From: Gammaproteobacteria bacterium
Lineage (GTDB): Bacteria > Pseudomonadota > Gammaproteobacteria > UBA4575
Direction: 5' to 3'
Length of the DNA stretch: 64,000 nucleotides
NCBI GenBank assembly: GCA_965205275.1
Contig: OZ242168.1
Coordinates: 991,291-1,055,290 of the forward strand
The translations under genes were made by a program, and so were the position numbers. Under the pieces are notes generated by a model. The model worked only from the letters and a program-made list of their open reading frames with translations. It was not told the origin of the DNA and made no database searches. Positions 1 to 10,705 of the stretch are shown here, in pieces (the first letter of the stretch is position 1; the number at the start of each line of letters is the position of its first letter).

Positions 1-84
1 CTGTATTGATTTATCCTGAACCTGGAACAGGTTTACAAGCCTGCAGCCAATAATACAGAAGAATCACTTTCCGAACGACCGAAG

Positions 85-993
85 ATGCTACACCATCACA
101 GCCGCGTACGGGCGCTGCACAAAGGCAGATACAAACATGGGCAATACACGATTGCCGCAGATTCCGAATGTGCGGATTTCTTGACTGGATGGATTACCTC
201 AGGCGATTTCATCGCCTATGAAGATGAGAAATTTCGTCTGCACCAGGCACAAGGGCGACCGCGTAACATCCTGTATAGTTTTCGCCTGCCCGGAATGCAC
301 CAGGCAACAGTCATGAAAGTCTCGCACATCAGCCCCCGGTATCGGTTGTCCAGAAAAATAGACCTGTTTTTAACGAGCTTGTACAAGGATTACTGCAAAA
401 TCAGTTTTTACGGCGCGGTGGCACTGCATGACCACAACCTCCCCGTCGCCAGACCGGTTGCCTTCTGGACCTCCAAGCAAGGCTTTTTCAACAAAAAAAG
501 TTACTTCCTATGCAGCAGGCTGCCCGGCGAACAATCCGTAAAACAAATGTTGCAATCACTACCGGAAAACGACCTCAGTTGCGACTTCCATGCCATGGCT
601 GAAAAACTGGTCACAATCATAAAAGGCGTTCATGCCGCCAGCCTGCGCCACGGCGACTTGCATACCGGCAATATCTACATGCATACCCCCAAACCTGTAG
701 TCGACAGGCAGGCAAAAAAATTATCAGATTCTGATTTTTTTCTGGTGGATTACGACAATTGCTCAAAAACCAGAATAAAGATCCCGTGGGTGAAAAAAAT
801 TTACGACTTGAAAGATTTGAGCCGTCTGGTTATTCCAACCGTCCGCGACGAGGAATTGCTGGAAATGTATTTCAACACCCTCCCCTCCCCTCAATCGCTA
901 AGAATTTTCAGATTCTGGAAAAATGGCGGTATCAACCTGCGCAGGCAACTGGGCCTTCCTCCCAAAAAAGAAAACAGACACCTTGCACATTAA
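85..993 (+). CDS. Lipopolysaccharide kinase (Kdo/WaaP/InaA-like) family protein
   Basis: Kinase catalytic loop HGDLHTGNIY and downstream LVDYD motif; glycan-locus context. Confidence 0.75.
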   Translation: MLHHHSRVRALHKGRYKHGQYTIAADSECADFLTGWITSGDFIAYEDEKFRLHQAQGRPRNILYSFRLPGMHQATVMKVSHISPRYRLSRKIDLFLTSLYKDYCKISFYGAVALHDHNLPVARPVAFWTSKQGFFNKKSYFLCSRLPGEQSVKQMLQSLPENDLSCDFHAMAEKLVTIIKGVHAASLRHGDLHTGNIYMHTPKPVVDRQAKKLSDSDFFLVDYDNCSKTRIKIPWVKKIYDLKDLSRLVIPTVRDEELLEMYFNTLPSPQSLRIFRFWKNGGINLRRQLGLPPKKENRHLAH

Positions 994-1017
994 TTTACTG
1001 TCCCGGGAAGCTGATAT

Positions 1018-2334
1018 ATGACCGATAAGAAGAATATCCTACTCTGGAAATTCGCAGATGATTATATGCGTGGCTTGAAAGACCACCTTGCTAATGACCT
1101 GGAAATCAAGGTCTGGATTGACAAGAAAAAGTTTAAAGTCCCCACGCATCATATGGACGATTTGTACAAGCAATTGCGGTTTTCCGGACATAGCCCGCGG
1201 CTGAAAATGGATTACCAGCATCAGGAGGCGTTTGTAGAAATCTACAAGAAGATCATGGCACACACCAACGTCTTCATGTACATGTACAGCCGGTACCCTG
1301 CACTCAACGGAGAACATAATTTCATCGACATGATGGATGCAATGCACATCTACACGCACCTGTTTATTGATATTCTGAAAACCAACTATATTGAGTATGT
1401 GTTCATGAGCAGAGTGCCGCATCGGGGTCCCGACTTGATTCTTTACCTGGTAGCCAAAGCGCTGAATATCAAGGTTTTCATGTTTCATCAATCAATAATA
1501 CAGGGTAAGGCATTTCTGGCTACCGACATGAGCGAAGTTGGTTCGATCGAAAGTAAAAGCACGGATATACATCCCGAAAAGATCCAGAAAAAGCACCGAA
1601 ACGCGCCTTATTTGATCAAGGTCAGGCGCAGGACCAACCTATACGTCAAGGCCTTTCTTTTTTTGTTCAGATTCGATCTGGACCGGCTGCTGTATCAAAT
1701 CATGAATGCCCGAAAAAACAGGGAATTCCAACGCAACCACACGTGTGCTCTTTCAAGCTCGTTGCCCCAGGGGAAATTCGTTTACTTTGCTTTACATTTG
1801 CAGCCTGAATTAACCACCGTCAGTTGGGGCGGTGTTTTTGTAGACCAAATTCTGGCAATTGAACATCTACGGTCACTGCTTCCAGACGATTGGAGTATCG
1901 TAGTCAAGGAAAACCCGTGGCAGACGTTTCACTCTCGTGGTCCCCTGTTCTTTGTGAGGCTTGGGAAAATCCCGGGTGTGTTCTACGTTGGGAAAAAGAC
2001 TGACACATTTGAATTGATTCAGAAAGCTGAATTCGTTTCTACAGTAACTGGAACGGTCGGCACAGAGGCCTTGAGATTTGGCAAAAGGGTACTTATTTTC
2101 GGTAGCGCACCTTACAGAGAGTTCCCTGGTGTCATTCGCTACGCTGATCACCTGACGCTTGACGACATCCTGTCTGTAAAATTTTCTCACGAAGAGATCG
2201 AATTAGCCCATGCTAAGCTAAAAAGCAACATGGTGGATGCTGCAATTTTCCCTGAAAATGCTCTAGTGGAAAATTTTTCCGCAGAAGAAAACTTTCAAAA
2301 CCTTGCAGAAATCATTAATAAAGCCACCAGGTAG
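1018..2334 (+). CDS. KpsS-like capsule biosynthesis protein, candidate nonulosonate (pseudaminyl) transferase
   Basis: YFALHLQPE, VKENP and VSTVTGTVGTEAL motifs of the Capsule_synth/KpsS family; next to pse genes. Confidence 0.7.
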   Translation: MTDKKNILLWKFADDYMRGLKDHLANDLEIKVWIDKKKFKVPTHHMDDLYKQLRFSGHSPRLKMDYQHQEAFVEIYKKIMAHTNVFMYMYSRYPALNGEHNFIDMMDAMHIYTHLFIDILKTNYIEYVFMSRVPHRGPDLILYLVAKALNIKVFMFHQSIIQGKAFLATDMSEVGSIESKSTDIHPEKIQKKHRNAPYLIKVRRRTNLYVKAFLFLFRFDLDRLLYQIMNARKNREFQRNHTCALSSSLPQGKFVYFALHLQPELTTVSWGGVFVDQILAIEHLRSLLPDDWSIVVKENPWQTFHSRGPLFFVRLGKIPGVFYVGKKTDTFELIQKAEFVSTVTGTVGTEALRFGKRVLIFGSAPYREFPGVIRYADHLTLDDILSVKFSHEEIELAHAKLKSNMVDAAIFPENALVENFSAEENFQNLAEIINKATR

Positions 2335-2513
2335 GTCCATAAGCATTTGACTTGTAAAATGCATAGGAATGCATTTACTTTTGGCCCGTCCACCCTATAC
2401 CGCGCTTTAGACCATATTGTAGAAAACACCTCGAGTACTCAGCCATCCTCACAGGGATACTGAAACCCATCAACGGCATATACCGGTAAGGCATGAACAA
2501 CTATATTTAACCA

Positions 2514-3803
2514 TCAGGCGATAGAAAAGAAATTCAAGAAGGATTGGGCTTCGCGTATGAAATTGTCAATTGGTTTTCTGATTGTCCGGTAATGAGACCC
2601 AACTTCTGCATTATTCCAGTGATAGACAGTTGTAAGAAGGCCATAAAGATACCTGTAATCAATTAATATTTCTGAATACTGTTCAAGAGATATTTTTGAA
2701 TTATTACCAATCTGATTTACCTCATCAGAATTAGTATTAATTATAAATCTTGAACCAATTTCACCAGCAGTACCTAATATAGAAAATATGAAATTATAAT
2801 CAGCATTTAATGCTGACTTTCTTCTAGCATTAATTATTGCTTTTTTAAACAACCTCATAAAGTTAATCTTACTCAAATCTATACAAATTTCTTTTTCATA
2901 GTCTAATTCTTTCGATTCTATTTCTTGTACCCTTGCTTCAATATCACCGATTGAATGTTTTCCCGTTCTTGGATCTCGAACCTCTTTGGTTACTAAATCG
3001 ATACAACCACCGTTCTTCAAAACAATGGCATTGGGGTCAAAACTTTTTACCTCAAAGGCATCCGCAACTCCTCTATATGAATTTAGACCTGCTAACCTGC
3101 CACCCAAAATATACTCCCCTGCAAATGGCAAATTAAAACGTGCAGGGAAGTATTCAATATATTTTTTATATCTGTCAAAAAAACTAATTTTTTTCTTATG
3201 CGCTGCGGCTTCCAGCAATTCTCGCTGAGTATGAATATCAAAATAGGTTTGAGGGTATGGCCCTGCTCCAGTATAACCCAGTGCCAAAAAGTCGAGCCTG
3301 TCTGTGGACTTGTTAATTATTCTTTTAAGATTATTTACATGGGATGAGTTGAATATACAATCATTCAAGTTAAGAAGTGTTTTATTATTTATTTTGTCGT
3401 GAACTATTAATGCAGAATCAATATCTGAAACGTCCCCAGTATCATTTTCTTCTATATAAATTTCTACATTATCAGTCTTCAAATATCTTGTTGGAGTTAA
3501 TTCAACTCCATCAAACCTTCCTTTCGAAAGAAGGTAATTATTCTCCAGATCGGGGATTATTACAGGTATTTCCCCAAATTTAGCGAACAACTTTTTTAAA
3601 AAAACAGCATCGTAATGATCAGGGTGAATGTGAGATATATAAACAAGATCAGGTTTTTCAATATGTCTCCAAGGGTCTATCCTGGGGAACTGATACCAAG
3701 CACCATCATATGCCCCTTCTGTAAACCAGGGATCCGTTAGGATCTTGAATCCATTAACATTTACTTCGATGCAAGCAGAATATACGTATTTAACTTTCAT
3801 CAT
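2514..3803 (-). CDS. MBL-fold metallo-hydrolase (UlaG/CMP-Neu5Ac hydroxylase-like)
   Basis: ILTDPW and YISHIHPDHYD (HxHxDH) motifs; markedly AT-rich. Confidence 0.75.
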   Translation of the reverse strand: MMKVKYVYSACIEVNVNGFKILTDPWFTEGAYDGAWYQFPRIDPWRHIEKPDLVYISHIHPDHYDAVFLKKLFAKFGEIPVIIPDLENNYLLSKGRFDGVELTPTRYLKTDNVEIYIEENDTGDVSDIDSALIVHDKINNKTLLNLNDCIFNSSHVNNLKRIINKSTDRLDFLALGYTGAGPYPQTYFDIHTQRELLEAAAHKKKISFFDRYKKYIEYFPARFNLPFAGEYILGGRLAGLNSYRGVADAFEVKSFDPNAIVLKNGGCIDLVTKEVRDPRTGKHSIGDIEARVQEIESKELDYEKEICIDLSKINFMRLFKKAIINARRKSALNADYNFIFSILGTAGEIGSRFIINTNSDEVNQIGNNSKISLEQYSEILIDYRYLYGLLTTVYHWNNAEVGSHYRTIRKPIDNFIREAQSFLNFFSIA

Positions 3804-3843
3804 CTGCAATAGTTTTAGTGCCTATTGAAAAAATCTGCTGTGG

Positions 3844-3963
3844 CCCTTTGCCAATGTTTTTCCTTTCACAAACGATGATTGTACCAACAGACACCTACTA
3901 ATTTGCCTCAGCGTGCTTTTCTAGCACAAAGGCTTGGCGCATCCAGTGTTCGTCGTCAGTCAA
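3844..3963 (-). pseudogene. tadA: N-terminal fragment of tRNA adenosine deaminase TadA
   Basis: Reads LTDDEHWMRQAFVLEKHAEAN**VSVGTIIVCERKNIGKG, matching the TadA start (DExWM..A...A...GEVPVGAVIV..G.IIG.G) with two in-frame TAG. Confidence 0.65.
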
Positions 3964-4033
3964 AGAAGGCCCCCAATCACAGGTGGTATACAGCACAGAT
4001 TTATTCCCGCTCAATAGTTTGTGCACCCATTGG

Positions 4034-5035
4034 TCACCCGTTATGTTGAACACTACGTAAAGCCGTAGAAACAACAGCATTTTTTGCTCTCAAGCAGGGC
4101 AAATCATTTAGTATTGGAAACGACAATCCCGCCTCATCCGAAATCAACCAGCCATCAGTTCTTGTAAGAAAATAATCGGTACCAGGCAAAGTATACTTAA
4201 GAGTTTCTGTAATATTTATTTTCTCTACATCAATGACGTAACAAACAGTCGGGTTTAGCGGATTACTAACGTTTCGTATTGGAATCTTGTCTACCAATCT
4301 TGCACCCGCCTGTTGTATGGAACTGTCCAAATCTTTGATGTAGCCATGCAAATCCATTCGCAACTTGCCTTCGTCGCTGTTGATTTCATAACACGGCTCA
4401 AAAAACATCAGTCTACCTTTTGCGACACGTAAAAGTTCACTTAAAAGAGTATCCTGTTGCGCTCTATTTGGCTCTAGTGCGTGACTTGAAACTACTAAAT
4501 CAATACTGGAAGTTGGTAAAGGAATGCTGGCTATGTCAGCGCAAAACGCATTCAATGACCTACGCTGAGAAGGGTAATATCCTGCTATATAATCCAGCCC
4601 CTTAGCCAAGCGAGACCAGCTTATATCGAATGCGAATACCTTTTCAGGCTTTTGACCCAAGAAGTCAATCATTCCGCATAGCGTTGTCAACTCACCAGTA
4701 CCTACATCAAGCAACGAACTAACGCCTGAAGTATTACTTGCAATGATGTCAGCCATTTCCTGCCAATAGGCTTTTGCTTGATCTATATTTTTGAGAACGG
4801 AATCGACATAAGTACCAGCTTGTAAATCATATGCGACTTCAATGATATCGCTCAAACTTACTGTGTCACGGTATTTTTCTTTCAAAAAAAGCATAACGTT
4901 TTCTCCCCGCCTATAAACGTCATATGCCTCCCTAACATCAATGTATTTCAAGTGAGTATTCACACTATTTTCTCCAAACCTCTTTGCCAACACATTCTTA
5001 GGTATCTTTGCCGTGAAGTTGTACTTGGCAATCAA
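4034..5035 (-). CDS. Class I SAM-dependent methyltransferase with Trm112-like C-terminal tail
   Basis: LLDVGTGE, AFDIS, DLVVSSHALEPN; tail GLSFPILNDLPCL; true start may be TTG at 4951. Confidence 0.75.
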   Translation of the reverse strand: MIAKYNFTAKIPKNVLAKRFGENSVNTHLKYIDVREAYDVYRRGENVMLFLKEKYRDTVSLSDIIEVAYDLQAGTYVDSVLKNIDQAKAYWQEMADIIASNTSGVSSLLDVGTGELTTLCGMIDFLGQKPEKVFAFDISWSRLAKGLDYIAGYYPSQRRSLNAFCADIASIPLPTSSIDLVVSSHALEPNRAQQDTLLSELLRVAKGRLMFFEPCYEINSDEGKLRMDLHGYIKDLDSSIQQAGARLVDKIPIRNVSNPLNPTVCYVIDVEKINITETLKYTLPGTDYFLTRTDGWLISDEAGLSFPILNDLPCLRAKNAVVSTALRSVQHNG

Positions 5036-5160
5036 TAGTCGCTGAATCGTTTTTAACTTGTCTGCTGAGCCAGTTTTCCCCAGTCAACCAATATAAAAAA
5101 CACATATTCTTTCAGGAATATGCGCTTCTTACTGCCGTACATAAAACGATCAAATCATCC

Positions 5161-6306
5161 TTACGCCAAAATCTTATATAGGGCGGATACCACGACATCT
5201 TGCTGTCGTTCATCAAGCGCAGGGTATAGCGGCAAACTGATCGCTTCGCGGTAATATAATTCAGCAGCAGGAAAATCTCCCTTGCTGAAACCTTTCTGGC
5301 GGTAATACGGCTGAGTATGCACGGGAATATAATGCAGATTTACCCCAATACCAGCCTGACGCAAAAATGAAAAAACCTCTTCATGAATTTGTTCATTCAC
5401 ACGAATCACATACAGGTGAAAACTGCTTTGTGCATCAGGATGGCGCTGCAAGGGTGCCACCGGAAGCTCTGCAAGCAATTCATCGTAACGAGCTGCCAGT
5501 CGCCGACGACGGGCTACAAACTCGTCAATACGATGCAGTTGGCTACGGCCCAGCGCAGCATGAACATCTGACATGCGATAGTTAAAGCCCAGAGCGATCT
5601 GCTGGTAATACCACGGACCATCAGGCACATGTGTCATTTTTTCCGGGTCGCGAGTTACGCCGTGCGAGCGCAGCAAGTTCATTTTTTCTGACAGATCTGC
5701 GGCGTTGGTCAGCGCCATGCCACCCTCACCAGTGGTGATGATCTTGACCGGATGAAAGCTGAAAACCGCAATATCGGAATATCTACATGAACCCACCGGG
5801 TCTTCAAGATACCTACCGCCTGTGGCATGTGCTGCATCCTCGATAACGCGAAACTTATACCGCTGTGCAAGTGCGTGAATGGCACGCATATCGCAGGACT
5901 GTCCCGCCAGATGCACAGGCATCACAATCTTAGGCAGACAGTTATTTTTCTTCGCCTGGATCAACTTCTCTTCCAGACGCTCAACACTCAGATTACAAGT
6001 ACCAGGATCAATGTCCACAAAATCCACTTTCGCGCCACAATACAACGCACAGTTGGCCGAAGATACGAACGTGATTGGTGCAGTCCACAGTCGGTCTCCC
6101 GGCCCCAGACCAAGCGACAAACAGGCGAGATGCAAAGCCGAAGTGGCACTGTTGACTGCACAGGCATATGCGGTGCCACAATACGCAGCTACTTCGCGTT
6201 CTAACTCAGGAACCTGCGGCCCCTGAGTTAGAAAATCCGACGACAAAACTTCTGTGACTGCCTCAACATCCTCTGGGGAAATCGTTTGTCTGCCGTAGGG
6301 AATCAA
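5161..6306 (-). CDS. pseC: UDP-4-amino-4,6-dideoxy-N-acetyl-beta-L-altrosamine transaminase
   Basis: MIPYGRQ start, FSFHPVKIITTGEGG PLP motif; follows pseB. Confidence 0.92.
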   Translation of the reverse strand: MIPYGRQTISPEDVEAVTEVLSSDFLTQGPQVPELEREVAAYCGTAYACAVNSATSALHLACLSLGLGPGDRLWTAPITFVSSANCALYCGAKVDFVDIDPGTCNLSVERLEEKLIQAKKNNCLPKIVMPVHLAGQSCDMRAIHALAQRYKFRVIEDAAHATGGRYLEDPVGSCRYSDIAVFSFHPVKIITTGEGGMALTNAADLSEKMNLLRSHGVTRDPEKMTHVPDGPWYYQQIALGFNYRMSDVHAALGRSQLHRIDEFVARRRRLAARYDELLAELPVAPLQRHPDAQSSFHLYVIRVNEQIHEEVFSFLRQAGIGVNLHYIPVHTQPYYRQKGFSKGDFPAAELYYREAISLPLYPALDERQQDVVVSALYKILA

Positions 6307-6315
6307 TTTTTTGTC

Positions 6316-7446
<1,131 letters not shown>

Positions 7447-7608
7447 TCAATTTTCCCCTAATAAAAGCAGATTTTGCCTAACCAAAAATCTTTGTTGTCT
7501 AAGCCTCACTCGCAGTCCCTCTACAGCGAACCCTCTTATTCAATGATGTGACCGTATCCACCGGCATAAGGAAATTGTAAATTCAGCGATTCAGCTTCAT
7601 ACAAGAAA

Positions 7609-7637
7609 TTGACATGAATTAAATGTTCATGTACTTT
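7609..7637 (+). promoter_or_regulatory. Sigma70-like promoter of the pseF operon with overlapping inverted repeat
   Basis: TTGACA-17 bp-TACTTT; ACATGAA..TTCATGT palindrome at 7612-7632. Confidence 0.5.
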
Positions 7638-7687
7638 TCCTTGCAATTGCAACCAGCAGATGAACCCAGTACTTCTTGGGAGAATAC

Positions 7688-7882
7688 ATGCCAATCTCGA
7701 ACGATGCGGCTAGTGGTTGGCCACACCCAATATCGAGCGTAATTGATTCCATAATTGCAGAAGGCGCACAGAAGATGTTTGTTCCGAAGCAATTACTAAA
7801 CAAGTTGGTAGTAATCCTGTTTGAACCTCTAAGTTATCGACCTGTAAAGGTGCTTCAACTGCAAGGGAGCTTGCTGGAATGA
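7688..7882 (+). CDS. Possible 64-aa hypothetical protein coupled to pseF
   Basis: GGAG RBS before ATG; stop overlaps pseF start (ATGA); no recognised motif. Confidence 0.3.
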   Translation: MPISNDAASGWPHPISSVIDSIIAEGAQKMFVPKQLLNKLVVILFEPLSYRPVKVLQLQGSLLE

Positions 7883-8583
7883 GTGAGACGATTGCGTTCA
7901 TTCCAGCACGTGGAGGCAGTGAGCGAATTCCCCGAAAAAATGTACGTGTCTTTCGAGGACGCCCGATCATTGCCTGGCCAATTGAAACCGCGCGACGCTC
8001 AAAACTGTTTGATCGCATCATCGTGTCAACGGACGATCACGATATTGCGGAAATCGTGCGTCAGGAAGGTGCAGAAGTTCCGTTTATTCGGCCAGCGGAA
8101 CTAGCAAACAACAAAACTGGGATCATGCCGGTCGTCCAACATGCGATTCAAGAATTGCAAAATACCGGTATCAAAATTCGTGAACTTTGCCTGATCTACG
8201 CAACGACGCCTCTTTTACGAGGCACCGATTTGAGAAAGGGGCAAGATACACTTCGTACAGAATATTGCGACTATGCAATAGCTGTCACAACTTTTGCCTC
8301 TCCAATCCAGCGCGCTTTCAAGAAAACGGCAAATGGGCGACTGGCTATGTTTCAGCCCGAAAACTTCAATTCCAGGTCCCAGGATCTGGAACCAGCCTAT
8401 CATGATGCTGGACAGTTCTGCTGGGGAACAGCTGAGGCCTGGCTTGAGGAGCGATGGGTATATGGTCCCAATACCGTCCCTGTTGTGCTGCCACGCTACC
8501 TCGTTCAGGACATTGATACCGAGGAAGATTGGCAATCAGCAGAATGGATGTTCAGTGCACTCAGGGATGGTGGAGAAATTTGA
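7879..8583 (+). CDS. pseF: Pseudaminic acid cytidylyltransferase
   Basis: IPARGGSERIPRKN, RSQDLEPAYHDAGQFCWG, QDIDTEEDW. Confidence 0.9.
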   Translation: MSETIAFIPARGGSERIPRKNVRVFRGRPIIAWPIETARRSKLFDRIIVSTDDHDIAEIVRQEGAEVPFIRPAELANNKTGIMPVVQHAIQELQNTGIKIRELCLIYATTPLLRGTDLRKGQDTLRTEYCDYAIAVTTFASPIQRAFKKTANGRLAMFQPENFNSRSQDLEPAYHDAGQFCWGTAEAWLEERWVYGPNTVPVVLPRYLVQDIDTEEDWQSAEWMFSALRDGGEI

Positions 8584-9650
8584 CCGGCTCCGTTGCAATC
8601 CGCTTTGACGTATCACCCGTAATTGGAATCGGACACGCCCGCCGGGCAATGGCATTCGGGGCTGAATTATCGAAGCGGGGCCTCTCTCACTTCTATGTGA
8701 CCTCCAACGACGCTGTCGATACTGCACGGTCTCTTGGAATACCCTCCAGCAAGCTTTACGGTTTTGATGAAAATGCCGGAGAAAGTGACTGGATTCGTTG
8801 CCATACCGACGTTACGCATGTCATTACCGATTTTTGCCACAGTCAAAGGTCCAACGCGGGTGAAACCGTGCGCAGCATACTGCAGACTAAAGCAATGCAT
8901 ATTGCAGCAGTTGATTCCATGCCGCCACATCACTTTGAGGCCTGTTCTGATGCAATACCAAGTTTGGCGATCACTCCCTATCTAGACGCAGAATTTCTAC
9001 GTACGAGACCACTTTGTGAACGATGGCTAGCGGGAGCACGGTATGCCGTTCTCGAAAACGCGTTTGCCTCAATCCGCCAATCCCTAATGCAAACAACACT
9101 GACACCAGGTAACTACATCCTAGTCTGCTGTGGTGGCAGCGATCCTGCACAGCTCAGTGCATCTATTGTGCGTAAGATACTTCAATACGGCCAGCCTGAA
9201 ATGGAGATCAAGGTTGTCATCGGCAGTCTGTTTGACCGAAAATTGACAGGTGCACTTGAACATCTTGCCAATCAGTCTTCACATCGGGTCTCGCTGACAT
9301 CAGGCCAGGATGGTATAGCGAAGCTTATCGCGAATTGCGGGTTTCTGATTGGCCGGGTAGGACTCCTGCGCTACGAGGCAGCCTGCCTTGGCAAGACTAC
9401 GCTTCTGGTGCAGGAAAACTCGAGATATGAGAACTATTTGCGCGGGTTCGAAAAAGCCGGGTTGGGACAAATTTATTTATTGGACCAGCAGGTCGACCGG
9501 GAAAGATTTGATGCGATGATTGCAAGCCTCAGTGACCGTGACACCATTCAATCATACAGCGAACCCAATCTCACTGCATTCGACCGCGTGGATGGCCAAG
9601 GTGCAGGGAGATGCGTAGATGCCTTGTTGGAAATCAGTAGAAAGGTTTAA
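8580..9650 (+). CDS. pseG: PseG-like UDP-sugar hydrolase (GT28 fold), divergent
   Basis: IRFDVSPVIGIGHARR and CGGSDP motifs; TTG start overlaps pseF stop. Confidence 0.7.
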   Translation: MTGSVAIRFDVSPVIGIGHARRAMAFGAELSKRGLSHFYVTSNDAVDTARSLGIPSSKLYGFDENAGESDWIRCHTDVTHVITDFCHSQRSNAGETVRSILQTKAMHIAAVDSMPPHHFEACSDAIPSLAITPYLDAEFLRTRPLCERWLAGARYAVLENAFASIRQSLMQTTLTPGNYILVCCGGSDPAQLSASIVRKILQYGQPEMEIKVVIGSLFDRKLTGALEHLANQSSHRVSLTSGQDGIAKLIANCGFLIGRVGLLRYEAACLGKTTLLVQENSRYENYLRGFEKAGLGQIYLLDQQVDRERFDAMIASLSDRDTIQSYSEPNLTAFDRVDGQGAGRCVDALLEISRKV

Positions 9651-9652
9651 CC

Positions 9653-10705
9653 ATGATTGAATCCATAACTGTTGAGGGGCGCGTGATTGGTGTAGATGAG
9701 CCGACGCTGCTCATCGCTGAAATATCAGCGAATCATGACCGTGATCTGAATCAGGCGTTAGCACTGGTCGACATGGCTGCTGAAGCCGGGTGGGATTGCA
9801 TTAAACTGCAAACGTACGATGCTGAGTCGCTTACACTGCAAAGTACGCACCCTTCCATGAAAATTGATCCGATTTGGGGTACGGACAACCTTTATGACCT
9901 TTACAGGTCAGCGCAAATGCCTATGGATTTTCATCAGCCGCTGTTCGAACACGCCAGGGAAAAGGGCTTGCTACCCTTTACAACAATTTATGACCCCAAA
10001 GACCTGGACTTTGTGCAAGACTTGGGCTGTGCCCTCTACAAAATTGCTTCATTCGAACTCACGTTTGACGATCTCCTAACGGAAGTTGCTTCTACTGGCA
10101 AGCCGATAATTCTTTCTACAGGTATGGCCAGTCTTACCGAGGTAGAACATGCACTTGCAGTTCTGGACCGAAATGCCAGCGGGCCTGTAGTGCTCCTGCA
10201 CTGTTGCTCGGCGTACCCGGCGCCGGTTGAGTCAGTAAATCTATCTGCGATGAATGTGCTCCGGAATCAACTGGGGCGCCTTGTGGGTTTTTCAGATCAT
10301 ACGATGGGGGCAAATGTTGCAATCATCGCAGCAGCCATGGGCGCAGTTGTAATCGAAAAGCATGTAACGAACGATCCCAAGCGCACCGGACCGGACCACC
10401 GTTTTTCCAGTTCACCGGATGTAATGGCCGAGATTGCGCAAGGGATCCGTGTTGTACAGCAAGCTCGTGGTACTGGTCTGAAAAACACGCAGCCGGTAGA
10501 AAAAGACAACAAGTTGACAGGACGTCGTTCAGCTTTTGCGCTGCGCGACCTGCCTGCAGGCCACAGGATTGAAGAACGGGATTTTCGTTTTGTAAGACCG
10601 TGCTCCGGTATTCCGGCTGAGCGTAAGGCCGAACTCGTTGGCAAGCGGCTTGTGCGCATCGTAAAAGCGTATGACCCGATCATGTTTGAAGATGTGAGTC
10701 AATGA
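9653..10705 (+). CDS. pseI: Pseudaminic acid / N-acetylneuraminate synthase family with SAF domain
   Basis: IAEISANH, KLQTY, YKIASFE, FSDHT, IEKH, GPDHRFS. Confidence 0.8.
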   Translation: MIESITVEGRVIGVDEPTLLIAEISANHDRDLNQALALVDMAAEAGWDCIKLQTYDAESLTLQSTHPSMKIDPIWGTDNLYDLYRSAQMPMDFHQPLFEHAREKGLLPFTTIYDPKDLDFVQDLGCALYKIASFELTFDDLLTEVASTGKPIILSTGMASLTEVEHALAVLDRNASGPVVLLHCCSAYPAPVESVNLSAMNVLRNQLGRLVGFSDHTMGANVAIIAAAMGAVVIEKHVTNDPKRTGPDHRFSSSPDVMAEIAQGIRVVQQARGTGLKNTQPVEKDNKLTGRRSAFALRDLPAGHRIEERDFRFVRPCSGIPAERKAELVGKRLVRIVKAYDPIMFEDVSQ

